A DNA stretch of 64,000 nt from a virus. Shown here one piece after another: positions 28,093-38,692 of the stretch; within the stretch, counting starts at the first letter, position 1; each line of letters begins with the position of its first letter. The notes beneath the pieces are model-generated. The model was given only the letters and a program-made list of their open reading frames with translations, had not been told where the DNA came from and did no database searches. The stretch is taken from positions 1 to 64,000 of the IMG/VR virus record IMGVR_UViG_3300050821_004255. One strand, written 5' to 3'. Position numbers and translations under genes: made by a program.

Positions 28093-31000
28093 AACGTGAG
28101 TTATTCCTACTGTTGTTTTCTTCATGTTACGCTAACTGCGCAACTTACTATGTGGCGAGCGCTTCAAGCACCCCAGCCGGGAATGATGCCAATCCTGGTT
28201 CCGTAAGCCAGCCATTCTTAACTCTCGGCCATGCGGTCAATTCCGTAGCTTGTGGCGACACGATCATGATCGTAGCGGACACTCACTATGTCCAAGGCGA
28301 TGCCAATCTACCGTACTTTGCGAATTGTTCACTAATAACCACAGTGCAATCGTCGCTGCTTTCCCGTTTTGCCCCAGACGGATGGCGTACGATTCCGGCG
28401 CAGACTTGTCCCGACCCAACAGACGGAGTAGGTCCGTGCGATTATGGCAAGTTGCAGCTTGTCGCGCAGGGGATTGAATGGCATGCAGAGAAGCATGGCA
28501 GCGCCGCTAGCACGTACGGAACGTGCGAGATAAGCAATATTACGGGCAATACTCTGACGCTATTCGATGCGAGCGCCGGGCGCTGTGCCGCCTCTCTGCC
28601 AAATCTAGCTAACCGTAGTCAGGTTGAGTTTCAAATCGACACTGTGAATGGTTCCGGCTGTGGAAGTATTTGCGATTCAAGTCAACCGCCTGTCGGCATT
28701 ACCGTTCTCCAGCACTACTATGTACGGAGCTGCTCGGCGGGATGCGGGACCGGAGGCTCTACTCTTCAATTGGAGGATGTTGCCGGGAACCCTATAACCA
28801 TCGGGGCGTGTAGTTTGCCGAGCTGTTACTTGCCGGCCCTCGCCATCTCGGAACCGCTTCAGTTTACGGCTGGATCGCCAACGATTACTTCCCCCGATAC
28901 TTTCACATTCACCAACGGCACGCCTGTCGCGTTGTCATCGGTTGGGATGCAACTCTTTGGCTCTTTGCCTATTGGCTTCCTACCCGATACGCCCTATTAC
29001 ATCAAGATCATAGCCGGCCGCAATTTCCAACTTTCCACCGATCCGGCAGGGCTTAACATCGTTACGCCAAGTTCAGTCGGCTTCGGGCCGATTGCCATGG
29101 CCAACATAAATGTTCCTCATCATTGGGCATTTAAGGGGCTCGAACTCGTTGAGTTTCCAGCTTCGTTCCTAGGCGCTTATGTGTTGGGAGATGGTAACGA
29201 GACCAGTGCCATCGGGACGATTCACCACATCGAGATAGCGCATAACTGGATACACGATAATCCAGGCGACACCAACGGTCTCGCGCGTGGCATCGCTGAA
29301 AATGGTCGGTACGTAAACATTCACGATAACTGGTTTGACGGTATTCGACGCGCCGATTTGGCAGAAAGCCAAGCAATCGGCGGATGGGCCAGCGCTGGGC
29401 CGACCTGGATCACGGACAACTTCATGGAGTCCGGCACGGAATGCACTCTTTACGGGGGTAGCGGGAATTACGCCGGGATCAGCAACGCAAATAAGCTATT
29501 CCAGTTCAACTTTTGCTACAAGCCACCGTCCTGGAAGCAGTCCTCCAACACTGGAGCTCCGTCGGTTAGTGTCGATCCTTGCTGGTGGGATAACACGGAC
29601 CCGCGGCACTCAGGAGGGGAGTGGTACAAAAACACGGCCAGCGGACAGGTCTATCAATGCGGCTCCGATTTTACATGGCACACGACGACCTCTCCTCTTC
29701 CGAATCCGTACACGATTAAAACGATGTTCGAGAGTAAGAGCCTTAGGAATTCTTTGTACTATGGCAATCTAATCAAGTACAACTGGGCGGCAGCGCAAAG
29801 CGGGCAGGCGTTTTCAACGCACATGAGCTACGATAGCGGCCCTGGCATGGCGAACGATCATATCATCATTCAGAACAACAAAGCCTTGAATGTTTTCAGC
29901 GCCATCACCCAGGACTCTCATTGCCTGCAAAGCCCAGCCGTTCCGTGCGTCCTGAATCTTCCAGGATATGATTCAATAGTAAACAATCTTCTAGTTAGCA
30001 GCCCTTTAGCTTGTGGGGTGTCTTTTGCAACCGGCTCCAACACCTGTCAATGGTCGCTCGCCGCTCACACTAACGTCGGATATCCGGCCATCAACAATAT
30101 ATTCAATCACAATACCTGGGTGCTCCCAGATGGAGCTTCAGGAGTTGGGCCAGCTCCTGGATTTTCAGCCACCTCGTCGATCGCCGATCCTGTTGACTAT
30201 TTACATTTCGGTGCGGGCTGTACGGACTGGTTGCTGTTTGATTTGTGGACCTACAAGAACTCGATCACCGGCTACGACTTTCAAGGGACCTGTCTTAACG
30301 GTGGCGGCCAAATCGCAGCTAAATTCACCCACTTCACCGGCAAGAATATTGTGCTGACTGGATCAAATGCAGGTATCAGCTATGCCAGCCCAGGCGCTAC
30401 CAACACCTTTACGCCTTTCGCCCGACCAGCTAACAATGCAGCGGTGCAATACGTCAACGCTGCGAATGGTGATTACCACCTTGCGTCTACCAGCCCGTTC
30501 AGTGCGGCGAATGGATCTGCGACATTCATTGCTGACGACGGCACCGACCTCGGCGCTAACATAGACGCCATAAACTGCGCTACCTCCGGTGCGGCTACCG
30601 GCACACCTCCGTGTGATGCGAGCCTCCAGCGCTCCATCGGAAGCAGAAAGCTAGTCTTTCGTTATACGGCCCCGACGCTCGAAGTCTACACGTTATCGCT
30701 CTATTCTGCTGCCGCACCGACCGCAGGCAACTTTGTGGCTGGCTTGCCCGATTCGGATGCCGCTTCGGTCAGCGATGGACTTCGCCGCGAGATTCCCATC
30801 ACCGGGCTTGCCGCTGTCTCAACGCATTATTGGTACAGGCTGGCGAATACATCCGGCAGCGTGGCGATGGTGGGGGACTTTTGGACGCGCGCGGTCGGCT
30901 CAGGCACCCTAAATTGGCCGTTCGGATATCCTAGCGCTACGGCGGTCCAGTATGGGCTGGACAAAGCCTGCACGATTAGTTGTGTCACGCTTGGCGCATC

Positions 31001-31094
31001 CACTCAACCGCTGGTTCCTGTACCGAGCAATACCTTGATCTATGCCGCTCCGGTGGCTAATCCTAACGCTGTTACCATTCTCGTGACGCCGTAG
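28089..31094 (+). CDS. Secreted-type beta-helix polysaccharide lyase/depolymerase-like protein
   Basis: MKRELFLLLFSSCYANC-ATYYVA...GNDANPGS..QPFLTL..AV..V.CGDTI; HNWIHDN repeats; C-terminal GDYHLASTSP...DGTDLGA. Confidence 0.7.
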   Translation: MKRELFLLLFSSCYANCATYYVASASSTPAGNDANPGSVSQPFLTLGHAVNSVACGDTIMIVADTHYVQGDANLPYFANCSLITTVQSSLLSRFAPDGWRTIPAQTCPDPTDGVGPCDYGKLQLVAQGIEWHAEKHGSAASTYGTCEISNITGNTLTLFDASAGRCAASLPNLANRSQVEFQIDTVNGSGCGSICDSSQPPVGITVLQHYYVRSCSAGCGTGGSTLQLEDVAGNPITIGACSLPSCYLPALAISEPLQFTAGSPTITSPDTFTFTNGTPVALSSVGMQLFGSLPIGFLPDTPYYIKIIAGRNFQLSTDPAGLNIVTPSSVGFGPIAMANINVPHHWAFKGLELVEFPASFLGAYVLGDGNETSAIGTIHHIEIAHNWIHDNPGDTNGLARGIAENGRYVNIHDNWFDGIRRADLAESQAIGGWASAGPTWITDNFMESGTECTLYGGSGNYAGISNANKLFQFNFCYKPPSWKQSSNTGAPSVSVDPCWWDNTDPRHSGGEWYKNTASGQVYQCGSDFTWHTTTSPLPNPYTIKTMFESKSLRNSLYYGNLIKYNWAAAQSGQAFSTHMSYDSGPGMANDHIIIQNNKALNVFSAITQDSHCLQSPAVPCVLNLPGYDSIVNNLLVSSPLACGVSFATGSNTCQWSLAAHTNVGYPAINNIFNHNTWVLPDGASGVGPAPGFSATSSIADPVDYLHFGAGCTDWLLFDLWTYKNSITGYDFQGTCLNGGGQIAAKFTHFTGKNIVLTGSNAGISYASPGATNTFTPFARPANNAAVQYVNAANGDYHLASTSPFSAANGSATFIADDGTDLGANIDAINCATSGAATGTPPCDASLQRSIGSRKLVFRYTAPTLEVYTLSLYSAAAPTAGNFVAGLPDSDAASVSDGLRREIPITGLAAVSTHYWYRLANTSGSVAMVGDFWTRAVGSGTLNWPFGYPSATAVQYGLDKACTISCVTLGASTQPLVPVPSNTLIYAAPVANPNAVTILVTP

Positions 31095-31101
31095 AAACTT
31101 A

Positions 31102-34100
31102 ATGGCAGACTACAAAGCTGAGACATTTCCGTTTACTAACCATGGGATGGTGACCAAGAAGCAAGTCGCTGAACTTGCGCCTGGAGAGTTCCAGTATCTT
31201 CAGAACGTCACCAGTTTGCAAGAAGGCGCAATCACGATCCGTGGCGGAACGCAGCGTAAAACCGATATTTCTGGAGCGATTACCGGCCTTACGCACACGA
31301 TCGCCAAGTTGAGGAAGACTGGAGTCGCGTCGGCGGATTTGCGCTATGTAGGAACAGGCCAGATCATCCAGCGTGGACCGGCCACTGATGCAGGGCCGTT
31401 TACTACAGTGGCTGATCTAGGTACGCCTGGGAATCTACAGCGGTGGACCAGTGAAGATTTCGCAGCAGGGACATCTGGAGCGCAATGGAAGTTCTTTGCC
31501 ACTCAGCAGGCGATGCTCAAAGATGACGGAGCGCAGAGCTATCCGCTACCACTCTGGGGCATCCTGCCGCCTAATCGACCCGTCTATGCGACCTTCGATC
31601 AGATCATGGCAGTGATTGTTGGGACTTCGGCTACCGGACTTAGTGGTGTCACGTCGGGTGGAACAGCAGACAGGCTCTCTGGCATTACCCTGAACGCCGG
31701 CTTCACGCCGAAGTTGGTTGATGGTGTCACGACCGGCGCTCAATACGTTGAGGCGACCGTTACCGGGCTAACTGGCGTTACGGTTGGCCAGTTGCTCACT
31801 GTCACTGGCGAACCTAGTCCCATTCCCGTTCAAACGATTATCGTGAGCCCTGCGGCGGTCGGGGCGATCTATACTGTAGCTCACAGCAACGGCAACACCC
31901 TGAGCAGCCCCTATGCGATATACAGTGTGGCCACGTCTGGAGACTACACGGCGTTCTCGGGGACCGTCTCTGCGGATCTGAGCTTGAGCGGACTTGCCGG
32001 AAACGGTTATGATTCACCAGATGACATTCATCTGAGTATCAACTTGAGCGACCCCACTCTCTTCTCGGCTATGAGTCTGGATCTGGATGTGTCAGATTCG
32101 GCTGGGGCCTATCATGATACCTATTCGATTGACATTGACCTAACGAATTTCGGTTCAGGTTCTTGGCAGGAATTAGTCTTCAGTAAATTGCTGTTTACGA
32201 AGATCGGCCGAGCTGGGCAACCGAACAATTCCTGGAAGTTAGTAAAGGCATTTCGGATCAACTTTACAGCCAGTGGCGCTGCTACATTTTGGTTTGGCGC
32301 ACTATACGGGCTTGGTGGGCACTTCCCCAACGCAGATTCCACGGGTGCTACGCAGCCGCTTACTCCATACGATTATTTGACGACGTTTCGGAACGACGTA
32401 ACAGGAGCCGAGAGCAATCCGTGCCAGACAATGGTTCAGGAACTCTTTCGGACTCCTAGTACGCAGTACATTCGCCTATTCATTGGAGGAACAAGCGATC
32501 CTCAAATCAGCACAACGGCTGGGCACAATACGATTGCGATCTACAGGCGCGGCGGGGTGTTTTCAGATGGCCTATACCGGCTGATCGGCTTCGGCACGAA
32601 TCCTGGCTATACGGCAAGTCCAGGGACTGGCCCGCTGCTTCAATTCCTGGACAACGTGCCTGATGCCAATCTAGTCAACGCCACTATTCTAGAATTCGAC
32701 AACGATCCGCCAGTGACGAGCAATTTGCCGACTACGTTCACGGCCACCATCTCTTCGTCTTCGCCAAGCATCGCGGGCACCGGTCTTATCGTTACCGCCG
32801 TGGCCGTTACGACGCTGACACTCAGCGTTCAAGCTCCAGCGGGCGTGTCGGATCTTTCGACTATCTTGACAGTCGGAACGCCTCTAACGATCGGGACTGG
32901 CCGTTTTCAGGAAATCTGCAATATCGCTCAGATCGATCCGGGTGGTGCGGGTCCGCTAACCGTTAAAGTCTATTGCCAGTATTACCACAATCCTGGCGAT
33001 CAGGTCACGGCCTCTTACGTAGTCGGACAGCCATGCTATTTGACATGCCAAGCATTCGGATCTTTCTTTCTGGCCGGTGATCGCAATAATCCACACATTC
33101 TTTATAAGGCCAAGACCGCTAGGCCGGAAGCATGGCCGATTGTGAACCTGGAAGACGGAGCATCTGGAACGATCGTGGTTGGCTCACCTTCAAACCCGAT
33201 CATGGCTATCACCGAGTTCAACGGTTACGTGTTGGTCATGAATCTCGGGACTTTTAGCTTGGTCTCGGTCTGGTCTGGAGTGATGCAGAACCCGATCCAG
33301 GCTCCCGTTAAGCGCGGCCTGCTAGCCAGTTTCGCTTGGTGCAAAGTTGGAAATGAAATCTGGTACTTGGCCTACGACGGAATCTATTCCTGGGCTGGGG
33401 GCATGGAACGCAAGCGCAGCGAGGCGATCAATCCGATATTCCTTGGCCAAACTGTCAACGGCATTGCGCCAATTGACACCTCGATTGCTGGTCTGAAGTA
33501 TTGCACGATGGAGTACCACAACCACGAAGTCAACATGATCTACCTGGACACAGGCGGGGCCACGCGCCGCTTGCGTTACAGCCTGATCTACGACCGCTGG
33601 TACATTGTTGACGACGATCCTATTTATGCTACGTTCGCCATGCACCTCGATCAAGATACCGGGAACATGGTCCTAGCCAAATATGCCAACGGCCCAAATG
33701 AGAGCTTTCTGGACTATGACGATGTGGGGACGTCAGACAGTTGGCAAACGCTCCCAAGTGACGGTGCGCTGATTCCATTCACAGCCTTCACTGGGTTCTA
33801 CAATCTTGGCACGCCAGCCGCTCAGAAGCATTTCGGCGACCTCGTATTGGAACTGAACAACGACGGCGCTCAGAGCCTAACGGTCTCGGTATTCTGGGAT
33901 TTCTCGGCAACGGCTGATCCACATAATACGTTCAACATTTCGTTGCCGCAGCCGCCACCGGGGTTGGGACGTCGTACGGTCGCATTGCCTATTGTTGACG
34001 CTGGTGGCCTAACGATGGGCGTAGATGCGCGCGCTATGGCGGTGCAGATAACCGGCGCGTCGGCTTATCCGCTGACGCTCTATTCGCTCACTTTCAACTC

Positions 34101-35736
34101 GCTGCCATTGCAATTCCAGCAAAGGGGCAGGGCGTACGATTGGACAGATTTGGGGCACCCCTACGACAAAAAGCTGGAACAACTGTACCTGGAATACGAC
34201 ATGGGCCAAGCGGGTGGCGTTGTTGTAATCCTATGCCTAGATACCCTCTCTGGGATCAACGGGACAACTGAGACGTTAGCAGTGCAGACATTTCCACTTG
34301 GGGGCAGTGGCCGCTGCACGGCAAATTTCCCGATCAATCCAGACACACGAGCCAAGATGGTTCGCCTTCGCCCGTTAGAGCTAACTGATCAGACCACGAG
34401 TTTCATGATCTGGAAATCTGACTTCCAGATGACTAAGTACCCACCCGATACGACGTATTTTACCGAGTGGTCCGACGAGGGGTTACCCTACGACAAGTAC
34501 TGGCAGCAGATCGATTTCGACGTAGACACTGGCGGCACAGGCGCAATCGTCACATTTCAACTTGACGGTGGGACGGCTCAGATACTTCCGTCGTTCGCGA
34601 CAACAGCTAACGCTAGACACATCAATTTCACACTCAATCCAAATCTGAAGGGCAAGCAAGGCCGGTTGCTGATTGCCCCGGAACCGGGCGGCAAGTTTCA
34701 GATGTTCGCCATGAAGTACATCACCCTGCCAGCCGATAAAGGGCCAGTCTCACATAGTTTCGATTGGGACAATTTGGGACACGCTTTTGATAAACGCCTC
34801 AGAACCGTTAGCTTTGAATATGACTTGAACGGCAGTCCAAATATGACCGTCCAAATGGATACACTTAGTGGCATCAAGGGCTCGACGATCAATCCGAATG
34901 TCCAGCAATTCGTGCTCGACGGTGCCAGTCGTTCATCGCCGACCTTCCCGATCAAGCTTGACACTATCGCCAAGATGGTCAGATTCTATCCCGTAAGCGA
35001 CGGCTTCCAACTCAAAGCCTGGAAGTACATGGTCGATAAAATCGACTACCCGGCAGACATCGTCTTCTTCACCGAGAGCGATGACATGGGGTATCCTGGC
35101 CCGAAGCTCCTTCGGGAACTCACGCTCGATCTGGATAGTGGAGGCGTTCCCTGCCGGGTAGATCTTGAAATTGATGGAGCAATCCACTTCTCTACTTTCG
35201 TGACGACGACTTTGAATGACAAATCGCGCCTGATTACGTTGCCTAGCCGCCCGAATGAACTGAGTGGGCTACTCTTCAGGTTGATTTTCACACCTGGAGT
35301 AGGCGGAAAGGCTTCTTATTTCAAGCACAACTTTACGCATCTCATCTTGCCACTTTGGCTAACGCACCTTTCGTCGTTCGAACAGGCCTTCGGCGACAAC
35401 GGGTATCATCTGGCGAAGCAGGTATTCGTCGATTACATCTGCGCTGGTTCACTCCTGGTCTCGCTGTATACCGATAATCGCCAGTTGTTTTACCAGAAGA
35501 CGCTGCCACCGCACACCGGCAGAGATGTAGAACGCTTTTACTTGCCGGCGCTGAACAATGGAGTCTTGAATAAAAGCCGTAAGTACGCAATCGATTTCGA
35601 CGCAGTGGACGTCACGAAGCCATTTCAGATATTCAAAGACGCCTGCCGCATCGAAGTGAAGAACATGAACGGCGAACAGCGCGAGGCTTATAGACAGGCC
35701 TACATCTGGCAAAACGTGCCCGTGGCCGGCATTTGA
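31102..35736 (+). CDS. Large tail nozzle/stabilisation-like protein
   Basis: Begins like podovirus nozzle proteins (GM......LAPGEFQYLQNV...G.I..R.G), beta-propeller-like core, repeated ~100-aa C-terminal modules. Confidence 0.6.
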   Translation: MADYKAETFPFTNHGMVTKKQVAELAPGEFQYLQNVTSLQEGAITIRGGTQRKTDISGAITGLTHTIAKLRKTGVASADLRYVGTGQIIQRGPATDAGPFTTVADLGTPGNLQRWTSEDFAAGTSGAQWKFFATQQAMLKDDGAQSYPLPLWGILPPNRPVYATFDQIMAVIVGTSATGLSGVTSGGTADRLSGITLNAGFTPKLVDGVTTGAQYVEATVTGLTGVTVGQLLTVTGEPSPIPVQTIIVSPAAVGAIYTVAHSNGNTLSSPYAIYSVATSGDYTAFSGTVSADLSLSGLAGNGYDSPDDIHLSINLSDPTLFSAMSLDLDVSDSAGAYHDTYSIDIDLTNFGSGSWQELVFSKLLFTKIGRAGQPNNSWKLVKAFRINFTASGAATFWFGALYGLGGHFPNADSTGATQPLTPYDYLTTFRNDVTGAESNPCQTMVQELFRTPSTQYIRLFIGGTSDPQISTTAGHNTIAIYRRGGVFSDGLYRLIGFGTNPGYTASPGTGPLLQFLDNVPDANLVNATILEFDNDPPVTSNLPTTFTATISSSSPSIAGTGLIVTAVAVTTLTLSVQAPAGVSDLSTILTVGTPLTIGTGRFQEICNIAQIDPGGAGPLTVKVYCQYYHNPGDQVTASYVVGQPCYLTCQAFGSFFLAGDRNNPHILYKAKTARPEAWPIVNLEDGASGTIVVGSPSNPIMAITEFNGYVLVMNLGTFSLVSVWSGVMQNPIQAPVKRGLLASFAWCKVGNEIWYLAYDGIYSWAGGMERKRSEAINPIFLGQTVNGIAPIDTSIAGLKYCTMEYHNHEVNMIYLDTGGATRRLRYSLIYDRWYIVDDDPIYATFAMHLDQDTGNMVLAKYANGPNESFLDYDDVGTSDSWQTLPSDGALIPFTAFTGFYNLGTPAAQKHFGDLVLELNNDGAQSLTVSVFWDFSATADPHNTFNISLPQPPPGLGRRTVALPIVDAGGLTMGVDARAMAVQITGASAYPLTLYSLTFNSLPLQFQQRGRAYDWTDLGHPYDKKLEQLYLEYDMGQAGGVVVILCLDTLSGINGTTETLAVQTFPLGGSGRCTANFPINPDTRAKMVRLRPLELTDQTTSFMIWKSDFQMTKYPPDTTYFTEWSDEGLPYDKYWQQIDFDVDTGGTGAIVTFQLDGGTAQILPSFATTANARHINFTLNPNLKGKQGRLLIAPEPGGKFQMFAMKYITLPADKGPVSHSFDWDNLGHAFDKRLRTVSFEYDLNGSPNMTVQMDTLSGIKGSTINPNVQQFVLDGASRSSPTFPIKLDTIAKMVRFYPVSDGFQLKAWKYMVDKIDYPADIVFFTESDDMGYPGPKLLRELTLDLDSGGVPCRVDLEIDGAIHFSTFVTTTLNDKSRLITLPSRPNELSGLLFRLIFTPGVGGKASYFKHNFTHLILPLWLTHLSSFEQAFGDNGYHLAKQVFVDYICAGSLLVSLYTDNRQLFYQKTLPPHTGRDVERFYLPALNNGVLNKSRKYAIDFDAVDVTKPFQIFKDACRIEVKNMNGEQREAYRQAYIWQNVPVAGI

Positions 35737-35737
35737 T

Positions 35738-36508
35738 ATGCCCGACTCACAACAAACTCATCCAATCCTTCGCCCTTCCGATCTGAGCGATCCTACGCTG
35801 TTTCAGATCAACAGCATGTTCGATTTCCTGTATTCTCAGATCGCCCAGACGCAGGGGGCTTCCGGCGATAGCTTCCATTTCAAACGGGCAGAACTGAATA
35901 ATACGAACATCCCGAGTGACGACAATTCGGTTCTGACACTTGGCGCGTACAAGAAACTAGTCGCTAAAGCTCAGCCAGACACGAGTTCTGGCCTAACGCT
36001 GCCGGTCTCCGATTCGACGGCGATTGTGAAAGATGACCTGGACTCAAGCAAGCAGATGCGGTTCGAGATCGGCGGCTTCAGTATCGGGGCAACACGGGTG
36101 ATCACGCCGCCAGACGCCGATATTGCGCTCGCTAACAACAACGAATTAGTCGCCCATCCGAACACGACGTTTACGCTAAGCGCCAGCTACCTGGATATCC
36201 CAAATCTTTTTGTCACTCTCAACAAAAACGGAACGTGGCTCATCCTACTCACACTCGATATGACTTGGCAGAATGCTAACGTGGGCGTCCAAGGGCAACT
36301 TCTAGTCAATGGTGTTGTGCAGGCCGACGACATTCTTGGCGAGATCACGACTGGAGGGGGTTCTGAGATAACGATCGGCCAACACTGGACGTATTCCAAT
36401 ACCGGCACCAACGTCGCCAAGATTCACGCCAAGGATCTCGTTGGCTCCTCCGGTGCGAACATCAACCAAACGAACACAAAACTAACGGCTATTTTTTTGC
36501 ATCCTTAA
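35738..36508 (+). CDS. Short tail fibre/needle-like protein
   Basis: Follows nozzle; C-terminal beta-sandwich. Confidence 0.5.
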   Translation: MPDSQQTHPILRPSDLSDPTLFQINSMFDFLYSQIAQTQGASGDSFHFKRAELNNTNIPSDDNSVLTLGAYKKLVAKAQPDTSSGLTLPVSDSTAIVKDDLDSSKQMRFEIGGFSIGATRVITPPDADIALANNNELVAHPNTTFTLSASYLDIPNLFVTLNKNGTWLILLTLDMTWQNANVGVQGQLLVNGVVQADDILGEITTGGGSEITIGQHWTYSNTGTNVAKIHAKDLVGSSGANINQTNTKLTAIFLHP

Positions 36509-36551
36509 CAGAGTTTTCGTGTACAATAAGAGGCGAGGATAAATTTTCACC

Positions 36552-36896
36552 ATGCCAACTATCACATCCGTCGCGGGTTCCACTCCAGGTGGGATGACCA
36601 ACGACCCGAATACGCCTAATCTGCCGCCTGGACAGAACGTCGCGGCCGATCCAGAATTCAACGGCGTCCAAGTCCTGCAAGTTGCCGGGACGGATCTGGG
36701 CAAAACCGTAGGTGCATTCATCGGTGGCCCCAAGCGGGCTGGAGTCCAGCCTTCTGGGTGGGAATACGTCAAGTCCTTTCCTCAGAGCGATTCACTGACG
36801 CTCATCATGCCGCACACGCCGATCCCCGGCCAGTATCAGTTGATAATGGTCACTGCGGACGTAGCGTCAGGCACATTCACGTTTACGGCGAGCTAA
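36552..36896 (+). CDS. Ig/IPT-like small protein
   Basis: MPTITSV...V.GT.LG...PGQYQL.. pattern. Confidence 0.5.
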   Translation: MPTITSVAGSTPGGMTNDPNTPNLPPGQNVAADPEFNGVQVLQVAGTDLGKTVGAFIGGPKRAGVQPSGWEYVKSFPQSDSLTLIMPHTPIPGQYQLIMVTADVASGTFTFTAS

Positions 36897-36897
36897 T

Positions 36898-37332
36898 ATG
36901 GGCTTTTCGCAATGGATACTCGACATCGCCAAGAAGATTGGTCTGGATCTGAGTCAACCCGCATCGCCAGCGTGGGTCCCGACTTACGAACCTCAACAGT
37001 ACGTCACAACCACAATGGGCGATGGAACAACCAAAGTCGTCCCAATCGCCATCGACTATCTTGCGACGGCTGATACTGCCGCGCATCTGCAAAAGCTCTA
37101 CGGGGGAACTGTAGTCAGTGTCCCGTTCGAGGGCGATGGCGGCCCGAATTCGGCCTCGGCTCAGATGCGGGAACTGGAGCTTCCAGCGGCCGTCACTGGC
37201 CAGCCGCCAGTGCGGATCATCGCCGGTCTACTTGCCGTGTTCTACACGCAGAATCCGAACAATCCGGATGAGGCAGATCGGCTGTGCCGAGCGGCCATCA
37301 CAGCGCATGGCGCTGTGGCCGCTACATCTTGA
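36898..37332 (+). CDS. Hypothetical protein
   Basis: 144-aa ORF; stop lies inside a palindrome copy. Confidence 0.6.
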   Translation: MGFSQWILDIAKKIGLDLSQPASPAWVPTYEPQQYVTTTMGDGTTKVVPIAIDYLATADTAAHLQKLYGGTVVSVPFEGDGGPNSASAQMRELELPAAVTGQPPVRIIAGLLAVFYTQNPNNPDEADRLCRAAITAHGAVAATS

Positions 37333-37341
37333 TCCAGACGT
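37324..37341. repeat. 18-bp dispersed palindrome, copy 8
   Basis: ACATCTTGATCCAGACGT overlapping a stop codon. Confidence 0.95.
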
Positions 37342-37401
37342 AAACCAGCGCTTGCGATCTTTCTTGTGGACGATTGACCCAAAAAGGTTTATGATCGGTC
37401 C

Positions 37402-37992
37402 ATGGACATGGAGTTCGACAAGGCCACCAGCTTATACAGAGCTGGTAATCTGGCTGTTTCCACAGGGTTAGATCAAAAATTACTTGCCACGGCATACCTG
37501 AGGCTGGATTTCGAGAAGAATCTTGACCTCGTCTATTACGAAGGCGTTCCGAGCCTGCTGGAATTCCTCAAGACCTGTACCGCGCCAGAACACATCTGCC
37601 TGGGCGGATTTGTCGATCACGGAAAGGGCTGGGAGTTTTGCGGGCTCAGTTGGGTGTTTGACCGACAGCAACTGGGAACGGGTCATTGGAAAGCCGAAAC
37701 CGGCTTTGCCTTCTTTCGGCATTGCGCCAAGCCATCTGAGAAAGTCCGCATCGGCCAATTGATGGTCGAGGCTCTCTTCGAGACGTTCAATATTTCGTCT
37801 CTTTTCGGCACGACTCCAGCGCCCAATCGAGCGGCGCTGAAGTACGCTCGGGCGGTCGGGTTCAATGTTTGCGGGCCTATTCCGAATTTCGTGTCATTCG
37901 AAGGCGCACTGGCTGACGTCTACATTTCAAATCTGACCAAGCAAGAGTGGCAAGCTCGGAAACAGCCACGACCTCTCGGAGCGGCGGCATAG
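37402..37992 (+). CDS. GNAT-family acetyltransferase-like protein
   Basis: LFGTTPAPNRAALKYARAVGFNVCG.IP motif; usual position before ejection proteins. Confidence 0.7.
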   Translation: MDMEFDKATSLYRAGNLAVSTGLDQKLLATAYLRLDFEKNLDLVYYEGVPSLLEFLKTCTAPEHICLGGFVDHGKGWEFCGLSWVFDRQQLGTGHWKAETGFAFFRHCAKPSEKVRIGQLMVEALFETFNISSLFGTTPAPNRAALKYARAVGFNVCGPIPNFVSFEGALADVYISNLTKQEWQARKQPRPLGAAA

Positions 37993-37993
37993 T

Positions 37994-38689
37994 ATGAGTG
38001 GACCCAAGCAATCCAACATCAACGCGCAGCAGGGATACGCTACCAGCCAAGGAGGCGTGGGGGCAGACCAAGTCGCGCTCGGCAATCGACTGGCCGATCA
38101 AAGCCAAAAAATGCTAGATACACAGCAAGCATATCAAGCGCCTTACGCAAAATTCTTGCAGGGCATCATCGGCGGCGATACGAATTCGAAGATCGCCACG
38201 GCGGCTGTGCCGATCGCGCAAATCGCTCAAGGTAGCCAACAAGCCAAAGAGAACATTCTGGACACGCAACCAGCCGGCGCAGCGCGGGACTTCGCGTTGG
38301 CTGGCCTGAAGCGCGATCAGAGTGCTCAGACATCTGGCTTTCTGAACACGGCTTATCTGAATGCCTTCCCAACATTGGCGAGTCTCGGGACGACCAACGC
38401 GCAGATCGGACTACAGCAACTGGGTGGTGGCCTAACCGGCCTATCTGGGGGATCGAGTAGTTTTGGTGGAGCAGGCACACAGCTCGGCAATTTGAACCAG
38501 ATGCAGGCCAACCAGAAATCGGGGATATTGGGTGGCCTAGGTGGATTGGCTTCGACCATTGGAGGCGCGGCGCTCGGAATGCCGGGGATCTTCGGCGGCG
38601 GCGGCACAGGCGGTGGAGGCTACACACCCAATGTTGGCGCTCCTCTGGGCTCCACTCCGTATAATCCAAACGCTTGGGCCGTAACATGA
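37994..38689 (+). CDS. Putative small DNA ejection (pilot) protein
   Basis: Q/A-rich helices, Gly-rich hydrophobic C-terminus. Confidence 0.6.
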   Translation: MSGPKQSNINAQQGYATSQGGVGADQVALGNRLADQSQKMLDTQQAYQAPYAKFLQGIIGGDTNSKIATAAVPIAQIAQGSQQAKENILDTQPAGAARDFALAGLKRDQSAQTSGFLNTAYLNAFPTLASLGTTNAQIGLQQLGGGLTGLSGGSSSFGGAGTQLGNLNQMQANQKSGILGGLGGLASTIGGAALGMPGIFGGGGTGGGGYTPNVGAPLGSTPYNPNAWAVT

Positions 38690-38692
38690 TCT

